Positions 49,635-62,655 of a DNA stretch of 64,000 bases are shown one piece after another. A program made the position numbers and the translations under genes. Every line of letters begins with the position of its first letter. The first letter of the stretch is position 1. The DNA is taken from positions 66,960,001 through 67,024,000 of the forward strand of contig CM059429.1 of NCBI GenBank assembly GCA_030390025.1, given 5' to 3'. This stretch comes from Squalus acanthias. Its lineage: Eukaryota. The notes beneath the pieces are model-generated. The model made no database searches, was not told the DNA's origin, and saw only the letters and a list, made by a program, of their open reading frames with translations.

Positions 49635-50373
49635 GGACCGGATTTTGCTGTGACCGGCGAACAAACCGCGCTCGTTAGACTTGCACATAGATTTTCCATG
49701 GGGTTTTGCATGGCAAGTTGCTGTCAGCGGGACATCCAAGAGGCGCTGCACAATCTACGGGGGAATCTGGGACCTGTGTGAACAGGGCAAGGAACTGCAT
49801 CGCCTTATCCAATCAGATTGAAGAATCGTTAATGAGCTGCGCAGAGTGTGAACCAGGAAATGTCAGTTAGGATATTTAATTTAAATCAGGTACGGAAAGC
49901 AAAATAAAAAGAGAGGGAAAGAAAGATTGAGAGAGATAAGAGGCAGAAAGAAAAAGTAAAAAATAATTTAAATCTCCCAACAATAATTAAAAGCTGAAGC
50001 AATGAGACTCCACACTTGTAAAAGTTAATTTTCAGTGCCAGAGAGGTTGTTTGACAGTAATAAAGACTTATCACGCCGTTAAAAGGATACTTAGACTGGA
50101 ATGCACAAGCCCTAACATTTTGTGACAAGTTTAGTCCATATCTACAATGTCAGTACAGGAACTTCACGCTATTCAATACATCGAAATGGGGAACCAGATG
50201 GCAAGATGCCGTTTTCACACAGCTTATGGAGGAGCGGCGCATCTCGACAGCAACTTCCGTATTTTTACATTTAACTGCGCATGTGCACTCACATGAAGTT
50301 GCTGTCCGATTTGCACATAAATAATGGTGAGCGCCATTAGCCTCACCGTTATTTTCACAGCAAAATCAGGTCC
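49635..50373. mobile_element. Non-autonomous TIR element (Harbinger-like)
   Basis: TIR ggaccggattttgctgtga / tcacagcaaaatcaggtcc (18/19 match). Confidence 0.8.
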
Positions 50374-50460
50374 CATATCTTTAAACAGCAATGTAATTTT
50401 TGTAATATTTTTATACTATCAATACGGCTTACAACAATAAACAGAGGTCTATTATGGTAC

Positions 50461-50560
50461 CTGGCCTTGGTGGGAAAGTTCTGGCTCAAATCACGCATAA
50501 CCATCAAAGCATCAACTGTAGGTGCAGCCAAGATTCGAGCAGCAGTTTGGAAGCTTAGGT
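50461..50560 (-). CDS. UGGT1: UGGT1 exon (100 nt): DLSFQTAARILAAPTVDALMVMRDLSQNFPTKAR
   Basis: cag|...|gtacca; FQTAARIL and SQNFPTKAR are UGGT1-type. Confidence 0.96.
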
Positions 50561-50649
50561 CTGTTAAGATAAATATATATACAAACTTCATAACAAGTCA
50601 AGTCATTAAAGTGGCTAGAAAATATACAAAGTAGCTAGAAATTGGAATT

Positions 50650-50850
50650 TTCAGCCTGGAATGGAGGAGTCGGAGAGGTATTTAAGATAGTTAAGGGAAT
50701 GGAAAAGGTAAATCCGGAATACTACTTCAAATGAAACCGTGAGAGTTAGACAAGAGGGCACAGGTTCAAACTGGTAAACAATTAATTTAGGACTGATATC
50801 GGGAAGTCCTTCTTCACATAAGCACTTAGAAAGGATTGTCAAATAGAGCT
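50650..50850 (+). mobile_element. Old CR1 fragment
   Basis: Degenerate gaggtatttaagata...acaagagggcacaggttcaaact...ttcttcac. Confidence 0.55.
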
Positions 50851-52932
50851 CAAGGACACCGTCTGGAATTTTGGTAGCCATTTCAAAAAATATTATTCTT
50901 TCTGTATGAAAGCTGTAGATATCAGCGCTGCCGTTTCCTCCTCTCGCAGCTCTTGTGGCTTCTTGTTTCATTCTAATGAGACCAAACTAGAGAGGAAGAA
51001 TAGTAAATCTCATTTCAATGAGAGGAAGAGTCTGGTGAGCAAGTCACCCAGTTATCCTCTCAGCCAAAGCTGGTCCATGGCATGGGGAAATGAGACTAAT
51101 TTTTTTTAATGGCATTTTTATTCTAACAGACTCCTAAGCCGATGGTGTCCTGCCTTCCTCTGTATCACTTAGACAAAGACACTGGGACATACTTACACTA
51201 CAAACTGCACAAAAAACCTGTTTCAAGTTCAATAACAAACATCAGTATCTCGAAAAGTATCACTTCTGATATTCCTCCAGCACAGTCATTTTGAAGATAA
51301 ATTAGCACACTGCAACCATGTTATTGAAAACTAATCTGTTCCGACAAAAGTATAACTTTTTTTTCCCCACAACAGTATATTCTTATTTGGACATATACTG
51401 TTAAACGCTTTGGGACGTCCTGAGGTCGTGAAAGACACTGTATAAATGCAAGTCTTTCTTTAATTAATAGGATTTGCTTGGTTCAACTTACCTATAAACC
51501 AAAGCAGAAAGGCCAACTCTGTGACACTAAAAGGGTATATTTTGCTTACGGATAGATATTACATTTCCTACTTTTTGGCAGATATTACTGGATGATCCAG
51601 TAAGTGTATTTGTCAAGAGGAAAGAAATGTACTGGTTGTGAGATAAATCTATCCACTATTTTATTTTAAAATGTTCTTCAGTTACCTATTCCTATCTGAA
51701 CCGAGCGTTACTGTACCCTCCCTTCATTTCCCTTGGCTCAATGTCAGTTTGAAATTGTTTTGACATACTGTAAGTCAGCTTCAACACTGTCCACAAGCAA
51801 CAGCAAGGAACATATTGAGGAAATGAAAGGAGGCAACTGTACCAATGTATATTTAAAGGATATGTTCGAGGATTATATATTTTTTTAATGTTTGACTTGA
51901 ATTTTCTGAGAAACAGGTAGCTCAAAGATTTCTTTAAGAACTTGCAAGGCTTCCATTTTGTCAATAAAGAAGCAAAGCAGAAATGCTACAATGTTAGCCA
52001 TGAAAATGCTTGCTGAACACATCCACTACCCAGCACTGTACAGGATCTGTTTCTGGACCAATCAGGAGTAACCCGATTTCTTGTTGCATCCACTCAACAC
52101 TCAGTGGGGATGAATTTTAAAAAAGACTGCTGTTTAGTTCGGAAACAGATGCAACATTAGATCGGAAGTGATTAGTCTTAGTTGCCTTCTCCTGTAACAT
52201 TTTAGCCTGTTGCGTTCCTGCTAATTCAATAGGCTTGTAATATTCTGAATTAATGCAAATATTTTCGGGGGTGGGGCGAATAAAAGTGCACCTCGTCATC
52301 AAAACTTGATCACGTTGTATGATGACACACGTTTCTATGAACCTTCAGGTCATCAGAATCAATTCAACACTCAGTGAAGTCAACCAATACAAGTGCAGTT
52401 CTGTAAAAAGTGTGCACTGCGGTAGCCTGCCCTCGTGTCTCAGTTTGATATTACTTCCCAAGTTGGTAAAAATCCAACAAAGTTACTGAGGTCGCAACTT
52501 AATACTTGTGGAAGGCAAATGGCCAACGACACCAGAACTCCTCATGTGTCTATGCTTCCAACTTCAGAGGGAGGGGATTGTGAATGAATTGCGAAGCAAT
52601 GAAAAGAGCTAGAGTACTTCTGGGGGCGGGGGGGGAGGGGAGGTGGTGACGGTCGAGAACTACAGCTGGAATGACAAGACAGAATGTGACAAGTGGACAG
52701 CATTGCAATGGTAACAACCACTACAGTAATGGGGCCATTAAAGGTGAAGAAATGATTTCATGTTTCTATTTGTCGATATCAGTATTTTTTAAGCAAAGAA
52801 AACCTGGTGCTTCCATCACACTATCCAAAAATGCTTGAGCTGCATATTTAAACGAGTAAGTTATTTCCATGTAATGACAAGACTGACAACTTCATGACAG
52901 TTCCAAACTGGACAACATCACTCTCAACCTAC

Positions 52933-53033
52933 CTTGCAGCTGCCAGACTTTGAGAGGTGCCATCTCATTTGTGCTTTCAACCAGGTGATTCCTCAGTTCC
53001 TTAAGCTGTTCCTTGATCTCAGGGTACAGCTGT
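52933..53033 (-). CDS. UGGT1: UGGT1 exon (101 nt): QLYPEIKEQLKELRNHLVESTNEMAPLKVWQLQD
   Basis: tag|...|gtaggt; HLVESTNEMAPLKVWQLQD motif. Confidence 0.96.
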
Positions 53034-53932
53034 CTACCAACAAGGAAGAAACAAAACCACAATTACTACAAAAGGAATTCATCCATAACACACTGGCACC
53101 ATCATGCACAGTCATCCTACTCCAAGTAGCCCTCGGTACCGAGGGCAATAATGATTGAAGCTCCTCTTTATATTGCTGTTCACAGAAGGCAATACCTTTA
53201 AGCTTACTGAATCCACCAAAAGGCACAATACTTTGATATAATCTTTAATATAAAACAATAAATATACATTAACGCAAGAAACTCTAGAATGAGGAAAAAC
53301 CATTCCAGTCGTGTGCAATTTACATCAACCTCAACTCCTGAGGGACAAAGTAACCAAAGTTCTCAAAACATTCTTTACAACTCTTGAAAGAAAACTAGAA
53401 TAAATCTCATCTTTCAGTCTGCATTATTCAACCCAATTCGCTACATTCCATAAATTGTATTCTCAAGATTCAAACAGGAATGAGATCATAGGGTATTATT
53501 GATCTCTACTTAGCTTTATACTTTCAGTCTGATCATAACCAGATATCGATCCAGCTCCCAGTTGTAAATGAGTTAATCAACAGTGTACTGTTTTTGATGC
53601 ATTTTATACTCTGTGGGGGAATTTTTGTAATCTCTATTCTCACTTGAAGCATGCCAATTTTGCATTTATGTGCTATGATCACAGCTTAACCTTTAGATTG
53701 CTGGTAATTCTCATACATACAGCCCTGTGCACTGAACCATCTTGAAGTAAAATAAATCATATGGCAACAAATGGCACTGAAATAAAAGTCTTTAACTGAA
53801 ATTTGCACATAAATGTGCCTTATATCTTTGAAGGGTCCCCGGACCACTCATTTGAATGTCTGTATATATGTGAGCAACATTGTCTCGGGGTCCCATTTCT
53901 TAGCATCCCAGTTTTCCTGTGCAGACTCTTAC

Positions 53933-54011
53933 TTCAGCTTGCCAAAGAGGAATCCCTGGACTTCATCAACAGGATCATTTTCATTTATCACAGTGGCATT
54001 CAGTTCAGAGC
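53933..54011 (-). CDS. UGGT1: UGGT1 exon (79 nt): GSELNATVINENDPVDEVQGFLFGKLK
   Basis: cag|...|gtaaga; DEVQGFLFGKL motif; contains N-A-T sequon. Confidence 0.95.
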
Positions 54012-55249
54012 CTGTAAGACAACAATAGAAAGCCAAGGTATGACAGTCATTTCACAACAGGAGTGTTTAAATGATTGGTAATAGATTTAAAAGATGAAGC
54101 TCTCTATTTCCCTATTTCCCCACCACTACCACAATCAACATAGCAAAATCATATCTTCATTAAACTGGTAAGTCATAGAAGAAATCTAATGATCTGTATC
54201 CAAATGAATACTTTTCTTCTCTTGTATCTCCACCGCTGAAAGCAGTGGTTTATACTGGGATACAATCAAAGGGCACCCATGGAATCGTACTCTAACATGA
54301 CTTAGCAACTTGATATAAGTGGAGAAACAAAACAAGAATCACTTCTAAATCCATTTCCACCTTGCTAATGGATACCCTTTCATGACATACATATTATTTT
54401 AAGAAACTCTCAACAGAAAAAAAAATTGCAAGTCCAAATCTTTTTAAAGGTTTGATTTTTCATTGGTCTGCGAAAGAGGAGTGATTCTTCTACTGTAGTT
54501 TTGCCTGTTATAAGTCAATCACTTGCATATGCACAAACAGAATCACAATACCGTACCTACAATTAACAGGCATTCACACAAGCCAGGAAATGTCTGTTTC
54601 CAAACATTAAGTCTTAAAACCAAATGGATTTCATTTGCAGTTCCTTTTCAGAGGAAGGCAACATGATTTGCACAATGCTTTGGGGAGCCTCAGCTTTCCC
54701 TGATGGCATCACCTGGTGTAGCACTAAGCCATAATCAGAAGTTCCCAGGTTCAATACTAAGGTAGTTCATCTCAGCTGGGGCAACAGTTTGCGTGCTATG
54801 ACTGGCTACACCTCCCCTTACTTTCGCTGGATGTGCACACAGAAGAGAACTTGATCAGCCTCTTGTGTGGTGCCCTCCACAGTCAAGCAGCCTGGTGACA
54901 CTGACTGTCGAGTCTCGCATCTGAAAAAGGGCCATTTGGGGGAGGTACCGGAGGTTTCACCAGCGCCCTCAGGGCCATACCCCAGCAAGAATCACGACAT
55001 CAGGTGAGAAAGAGGGGGAAATTGTGACGGTATTCAGCTTAATCCGCTATCATTACAATGTCTATTAATGTTCTAATATTTTTTATTATGAAGTTACTTC
55101 AGCAATAATAAACTATGAATATTATTACAACGGGTTCCAATTTGAAAATGAAGCCTTAAGGGGATACAAGTTTGAGCGCACAATTTAAATTAAGCACCCA
55201 CATTTGTACAAATTTTGAAACGGTACAGAAATTGAATTATTTTAATCAC

Positions 55250-55346
55250 CTGTCACTTGTGTGTCATCTTTGGCCTTGTATTCGGTGCTTTTAATGGCAA
55301 GCTCAACACCATAACCAGAAAGGAAGACCTTCTCCTCACTTGGATT
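55250..55346 (-). CDS. UGGT1: UGGT1 exon (97 nt): NPSEEKVFLSGYGVELAIKSTEYKAKDDTQVTG
   Basis: UGGT signature LSGYGVELAIKSTEYKA; KAKDD is the UGGT1-type variant as recalled; cag|...|gtgatt. Confidence 0.97.
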
Positions 55347-55403
55347 CTGTATAAAAAGTCCAAAAACGTGAACAAACAAATAAACTACGGATACAAACAT
55401 TAA

Positions 55404-57070
55404 GGGCTGGATTTTGCGGGCGGTCAGCGGGCGCAACCGGTGGTGGGTCGGGTGGGAAAAGGTATTTTTCCCCCCAGCGGGTCGGGACCCCCCTGTGAAC
55501 CTGCTGCCACACGCCAGATGTCTGGTCTGCCAGCGGCGGGGGAGGCAATTAAAATCATTAGTGGCTTATTTACAGCCACTTAACAATGGTTTTATCCCAG
55601 CTTTTTGATTTTGACAGGTCACCCACCAGTTTCCCGCTGTGTCTAGACCTTGTCTGTGAAGCTGAGGTGGGAGGTCAGTGGCCATTGAATCAGCTGATGA
55701 GTTGACAGCTTCAAATGTCAAGTCAAAGCTCCCAGCTGATTGAGAAACTGCATTTCCATGACAGATTCAGAATGTGGCAAGTCTTTACACAAGTCTCCAT
55801 CCAAGCTGACCTCATTACCTCTCCTACCACTGGCAGATCACTTCTGTCATCCCTACTTCACCTGCCATCTATTCTATCAGCATGGGTGCCCTTGAAACTC
55901 TCTCACCTTGGTCCTCAGAATCCCACAACGATCAGCTCCAACACCAGCATCACCAGGCACACCAGCAGCACCAACACCACCAACCTTCTCCGCAATCAAC
56001 TGATGCTGCACAGGACACAGGGCATCAGCACCCGAACACATTGCAGCCCGGGAGTCCAGGGATGGCCTCACCATGGCCAGATTTACTTCACTTGATGCTG
56101 TACATCCTGGCTGCCACATGATGCGCCAGGTTGGCACCACCTCACACCAACACCATAAAGCATCCCTACAATGCCCAAGCCATTCCTTTCACACTCATCA
56201 CCATTGCGGGGGTACCATTATGTCTCGCCATTCACTGCAACTCACTAAGACACTTCCAAAAGGTGCACACAAATCTGTCCAAGAACGCAAAGTGTTGAAA
56301 ATAAAGGTTTCAATGTTTGACACCACATTAACAGAAACTTTACAGGAGCATTGCATAAAACACCCAAGTGCCTACCCTTGTGTGTTGTTAGTTGGTATGA
56401 TTGTACTAGAATGAGGGCGAGTGTGAGGGGTGGCCAGTGAAATGGGGATGTGATAATGTAGATAGAGAGGGATGGGTGGAGGTGCAAGGTAAGTTGGTGT
56501 GAGTAAGGATGTGCAGGAGTAGGGTAGGGAAGGCAGAGTGATGGGGATGTGATGAGAGGCACAGCAGGATGAGGTTGAGTGTGGCTTTGTACTAATGTTT
56601 CGTGATCTACTGAGATCATTGAGACGTTTGCGGCATTGCACCCAGGTCCTGCTGACCACATCCCTGCTTGTGCCCTCCTCTGCAATGTGCAACCAGGCTG
56701 TGTTGATCACCTAGGGAGGTCTCTTCCACCCATGGGAAGGGAAGAGGACCTCCCTGTGTGCTGTGACTCAGTCATGGGAGAGCCTGGGTGCAGCCCTGCA
56801 CCTCTGTGCAGTGTTTGCAGCACCATAATGCTGTAGAACACTGACAGCACAAATGTCAAAAGAAAGTTGGCCATGGTCCCTTTAAGGAAACCGGCTGATG
56901 ACGCAACATCAAATGACGTGTCATCAAATGACATCACCAGACCAGCTTCATCTAATTGGCCAGGAAACTCGCTAGGCGGGCTTAACAAGCCCAATCTGGG
57001 GAAATTCATTTAGGTCAGGATGGAGGCAGCAGCGGGGTCGGGACCCGCCAAGGTTCGTAAAATCCAGCTC
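55404..57070 (-). mobile_element. PIF/Harbinger deletion derivative with Myb/SANT-like gene remnant
   Basis: TIR gggctggattttgcg / cgtaaaatccagctc, taa/gaa flanks; minus-strand AWLHIAEE..SRDVVSRTWVQCRKRLNDL at ~56600-56700. Confidence 0.8.
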
Positions 57071-57247
57071 GAAGCGTTTGCTTATTACTTAATTAAATAT
57101 TTGGCAACAATGCAGTAACTCAATTATTTAAAATGTATTCCTGTGACCTCATATGTAAAGATGAATATCTTTCTTTAGTGCTCCATCCCTTAGGACTCCC
57201 TCCAACTGCCTCAAAAGTCCTGCTTCCACCTCTTCTTCTTACAATAA

Positions 57248-58400
57248 ACTTCTTAGGCAGTCCCTCGGAACCGAGGATGACTTGCTTCCACATTAAAAAT
57301 GAGTTCTCAGGTGACTGATGAGTCCAATGCGGGACCTACAGTCTCTGTCACAGGTGGAGCAGACGGTGGTTGAAGGGGCGGGTGGGTGGGGTGCTTGGGT
57401 TGACGTGCGCTCCTTCCGCTGTTTGCGCTTGGCTTCCGCTTGCTCCCGGCGAAGAGACTCGAGGTGTTCGGCGCCTGCAGTCTTGGGCCAGGGATTCCCA
57501 GGTGTCGGTGGGGATGTTGCACTTTTTCAAGGAGGCTTTGAGGGTGTCCTTGAAGCGTTTCCTCTGCCCACCTGGGGCTCTCTTGCCGTGTCGGAGCTCC
57601 GAGTAGAGCGCTTGTTTTGGGAGTCTCGTATCGGGCATGCGGACGATGTGGCCCGTCCATCGGAGCTGATCGAGCGTGGTCAAAGCTTCGATGCTGGGGA
57701 TGTTGGCCTGAGCGAGAACACTGACGTTGGTGCGCCTATCCTGCCAATGGATTTGCAGGATCTTGCGAAGGCAGCGTTGGTGGTACCTCTCCAGTGCTTT
57801 GAGGTGCCTGCTGTACATGGTCCATGTCTCTGAAGCATACAGGAGGGCGGGTATCACTACTGCTCTGTAGACCATGAGCTTGGTGCTGGGTTTGAGGTCC
57901 TGGTCTTCAAACACTCTCTTCCTCAGGCGACCGAAGGCTGCACTGGCACACTGAAGGCGGTGTTTGACTTCGTCATCGACGTCTGCCCTTGTTGACAGTA
58001 GGCTCCCGAGGTATAGAAAGTGGTCCACGTTGTCCAAGGCCTCGTCATGGTTTTTGATAATCGGGGAGCAGTACTGTGTGGCGGGGGCAGGTTGGTAGAG
58101 GACCTTTGTCTTACGGATGTTTAGTGTAAGGCCCATGCTCTCGTACGCTTCGGTGAAGGTGTTGACGATGGTTTGGAGTTCGGCCTCAGAGTGTGCGCAG
58201 ACGCAAGTGCCGTCTGCACACTGTAATTCGATGACAGAGGATGGGACGACCTTGGATCTGGACTGGAGGCGACGGAGGTTGAACAGTTTCCCGTTTGTTC
58301 TGTAGATTAGCTCCACTCCAGCGGGGAGCTTACTGAGGGTGAGATGGAGCATTGCAGCCAGGAAGATTGAAAAGAGCATTGGTGCGATGACACCTGCTTC
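57248..58400 (-). mobile_element. RTE-clade LINE, 5'-truncated
   Basis: APMLFSIF...ELQCADG (degenerate YADD)...GLTLNIRKTK...YLGS...LRWTGHIVRMPDTRLPKQALYSEL...GGQRKRFKDTLK; end gagggactgcctaagaag. Confidence 0.93.
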
Positions 58401-58951
58401 CACACCACAAAGCTGAATGCAACATTGCAAACTTCGCAAATACTCATGCAATCTCTACTCCTTTTAATCCCCATTCTCTCCTACCATTCTGTCTGAAATT
58501 TGTAATGTCACTGTGTGTTGCTGCTGCTATACACCAAGTGTAAGAAAGTGAGCTGGAATAAGAACAACCAGAGCAGCTTGAACAGCAAGCAGTCCCAGAA
58601 ATGTATGTCAATGGGGCTAAAATTGGGGTCAGCACCCCCACATCATGGCTCCCATATGAAAATGGCCACTTAGGCAAGGTACCAGAGAGTGACCTGTGGA
58701 ATCATATACCAGCAAGGTTGTAATGCCTTGCAGAGGGGAAGATAGAGAATTGGCAGGGAAAAATGTGGTTAATGAAAAGTAAATCACCTTATTTAGCAAG
58801 TGGAACTTTCCCAATCCTAATACAGGACCACTTTGACAATACTTGAAAGGAGTTCCCCAGATGACATGACTGACTTATCAACAGGAAGTGAATATTAATA
58901 CACGTGCAACTTCGGAACAGGTTTCATCACAGAGCAGCTTGTTTTACTTAC

Positions 58952-59126
58952 AGCAACATAATGCCGGAGTACATAGTTGACACGTCCGACGTCCGATTTA
59001 AAACAAAGCAGCTTGTGGAACCTCGAAAACTCTTTGGTACCGATCTCACCATACAGAATCACCACCGGAAGTTCAGTTCTTAAGGGTGCCTCAATGTGAT
59101 CCCCTTTAAACAAATAAGGCTTGGGT
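58952..59126 (-). CDS. UGGT1: UGGT1 exon (175 nt): RPKPYLFKGDHIEAPLRTELPVVILYGEIGTKEFSRFHKLLCFKSDVGRVNYVLRHYVA
   Basis: cag| ... |gtaagt; LFKGDH, PVVILY and YVLRHY motifs. Confidence 0.95.
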
Positions 59127-61453
59127 CTGACAATAAAAGATAGAAATCAGAATTAAAAACTGCCATTAAGTTTCACGTAAAATTGTATTGAATGGTCCTC
59201 CTTGAAGACATGCATCAATTGCTAAATTTAACTTAAAATTTCAAAAGTGTTTCCATAGTGGGAACCATTAAATTATTTTATTTTGACTATAATTATTAAA
59301 CAAAAATCTTCAGTCCGACTTTCAAACCCAAATTGAGGATTTATAAAATTAATCCACAAAATACTTTAAAAAAAAGTTCCCTCCAACGTTCTTCCCTTAA
59401 GCTCTCCTGTCCTGAAGGCAGCATCTCATCCTGGGATAGAGCTCCGTTGGTGGTCACAATTTCCACTGCGGCGCCTAGAAGCCATTGTTCAGGCGTAAGT
59501 TTGAGACAGTAAATGTGGGTCGGCTATTCACTCAAGACGAGCCCAATCATGTTCTTACCACACGTGCTCTTCCAACAGTTTAATAATCAAGTGCTTGAAC
59601 TCCGGATAATTTTTCCCCTTCCGAATTCAGGGATGCTGATCCCAGTTGTACTGCCCCCCAAGGCTACCCTAGCGAGAGCAGCTAACTCAACTCAGACAAG
59701 GGACAGAGCCTGGGACTGTTCTGGTCTGTATCACGCAACCTCATGATATGGTGCATTTGCCCATAAAATGAACTGGGGCGAATATAAAGATTCAGCTGTA
59801 ACGAAGTCCAATCAAATGAAAAGACAAGCTGGAAATTTAGTAACTCATCTTACATATTGACACTGAAGTAAATATCTAATGGAGCACGATTTTCATATTT
59901 ATTTATTACCACAGAATGTCTCCTTATAAGACAATGTTTAATTCCTACAGTTTTTTTTTTACATAATTTGAAGTCAGTTAAGGACCTACTAGTGTAAAGT
60001 ATTGCTCTGTCATGCAATCTTTCTTAGCTAGCATGACAGATGTCCAAGTGTGCTTAAATGGCTATTGTAAAAGGATGCGATGGAGGCACTACCTGGGACC
60101 TGACAGTTGTTTTGAAATTGAATCCTTAAAAGGTACTGTTGGTAAATATCAACATAAAAATTAAAAATACTAAACCATTACAAAACTTCTCCCCATCTTC
60201 TCAAACAACAATCTATGGATGCTACTTTCACAGTCCAACATTTATACTTAACACCAGTGAGACTATATAGTTAACACACCAGAGACTATCCAATACTGTG
60301 CACGCTGCTCCAGCAACAACTGGCAAATCACAGAAACTTGTCTTTCTGCAGGGCATAAATCAAAGTCTACAAAATACCAACTCAATGCTTTTTTTCTGTA
60401 TTATTAATGTTCAGGTATAAAACGACTGCTAGTTGATCTGTGCCATTGCTCACAAACAGTAACAGTAACGTCAGAGACCCAGAAGCAGTTTAAGGACTCC
60501 AAACCTCTGAAAGTATCTTATTTTACTCTGGAAGTGGGAAGCTTGGGCATGTGACTACTTGCTGAACTTGTGCAAGGCAGTGTGGAAAAGCTGAGGCTGG
60601 TTTGAGAGGGAGCCAAAGCCAAGGCTGAGCTGGGAGGGAGGCGAGGGTGAGGAGGCTGCAGCCTGGACCACGGCTATGAGGACTTGGGGATCATGGCCTA
60701 CAGGTAGCAGGAGGCCAGGGTCTGCAGCTACAGCTTGAAAGGAGCAGGGAGGTTGGAGTTTGGCTGCATGGTGACAGTTGAGGCAGAAGTGGGGTATTGG
60801 GATGGGGATTGGTCCTTGGTAGTCATGAGTGATAATGCATTAAGAAGCATAAGTTAACTTGGGCCAAACAGATGTGTGGGACACCAAGGACAACCATGGA
60901 TAAAAAAAAATGTATTTATATAGACAGGTACCAAACAGTTATAAATCAGTGATAAATCGCAACATAAACACCCAATAGATCAATAAACAGTAAATATTGT
61001 GACACCCCAATCACCTAAATAAATAGTCACCAAGAATATGGCTGTGACACAGAAAGGAATGAATAATGCTAATTTTTAATAGCATTTAAATAGTGACCAG
61101 TGTTTACTCTGCACCTGTTTTCACAGTCAGGCTGGAGCCTTGGAATGGGTCTTGGTGGATGTGAGCAAATGTGGACTATTCAGGGAAGTTCCAGACCCAG
61201 ATAAAAAGCAAAAGCAGGATTGGTGAGAAAAATGTCCAGGTGCATGAATTAATTCGGAAGGCAGTGGGGAGGAAATGAGGAGCTAATGTGGCTGGAACCT
61301 GGTTGAATTGCCTCAACAATTGGGTTGCATCATGGTGACGTAGATAACATGGATCAATCATAGAATCCATTTGGTGTATGCTGAGCACGTGAAACCAGGG
61401 ACCCATCAGAAACATTAGAGGCTCACAACAATGTTGCAGTCACATGGCTTTAG

Positions 61454-61478
61454 TCACACGCACACACACACACACACA
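61454..61478. repeat. (CA)n microsatellite
   Basis: direct observation. Confidence 0.9.
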
Positions 61479-62309
61479 CGTTAGCAACTGTTTGGGAAGA
61501 GCAAATTTGATTTGAACTGGAAGAAACCCTTCCTAATTAATTCACTTCTGTGGTATTCATGAAACAAAACTCATTCACATTCCTTAAAAAAAACAATAAA
61601 ATATGTCCACTGGTTAAATTTCATCCCGAAGTTAAGTTTGACAATTCCACCAATTTACCATGCTCCGCTTCGCAATATGACGCATCAACAATCCAGTTCT
61701 GAGCTAAACGACAAGCATATTAATTGTAGTTTTTAGATGCAAATCAGAATCCAAATTTTCAGGTTCATAAGCTGGTTCAGCTTTCTATAGCTGAAGCTCA
61801 AATAATTAAAACCCAAAGTACACTGGATCATCAATTGGCCATCATAATAGAGGGACCTCCCTTGGTGCAAATTTCCAGATAAACAAGAGTCCCCATATGG
61901 TCTAATAATACTCTATAAGCACAGGGATAAAGAGTGTACAATACAAATAGCAAAAGGAATTTAATCTTTCTTGGGATTTGACAGGGGAAAGATTAATGTC
62001 AGTGGGGTGTGCAATGAGCCCAAATCCTGCACATGGCTTGGTCATTAGTTGATAATTGGGAATGCAGATAATAGGAGCACCAGTAATTGAGATTTATCCA
62101 TCTAAAGCCCAAGTTCCGCAGCCCAGACAAGAGTACTATTACAACTGCAAGCCCGATGAGCTCAAGTCCCGTACAGTACCCATTCCTCAAGCCCATTCAT
62201 GACTAAATTACAAATTTCCAAGTTAATAACGTACTTTGAATTCCACTACATTTTACAATTTCAGAAATGCTTCCTAACTTATAATTTTCATTCTCGTAGT
62301 TTTCTTTAC

Positions 62310-62422
62310 CTCTCCAGAGCACTCTGAAGAAGCACCTCCAACTTGTCAGGACTGCAGGTTTTCTCTCCATGCACATTTATAAAAGTAGAACAGTCTTCTG
62401 GAGGGGGCTCCTCTGCTGCAAT
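62310..62422 (-). CDS. UGGT1: UGGT1 exon (113 nt): IAAEEPPPEDCSTFINVHGEKTCSPDKLEVLLQSALER
   Basis: tag|ATT ... AG|gtaaag; matches recalled UGGT1 IAADEPPPEGC..VHG.KTC; not in the ORF track. Confidence 0.95.
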
Positions 62423-62524
62423 CTATTGAAAGAGTTGGTATCATTCATATCATCAAAAATAAAAACACAGTTACCAGCTTGCACTGGGACTGAATTCTGT
62501 AAAATACACATGCACTCAACTCAC

Positions 62525-62655
62525 CTGCTGAAACATTTGAACAGTGGCAGAGTAAGCCCGTAGGGACAAGGCAAACTTCAGCAGGTTGGCCTGTACAGGG
62601 GTCAGTAACTCACCAGCTTTCCGCAGTATATAGTGGTAGTATGAAATATCGGTTT
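62525..62655 (-). CDS. UGGT1: UGGT1 coding exon (1st in window, 131 nt): ETDISYYHYILRKAGELLTPVQANLLKFALSLRAYSATVQMFQQ
   Basis: cag| acceptor and |gtgag donor on the minus strand; typical UGGT N-terminal motif; in frame with next exon. Confidence 0.93.
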
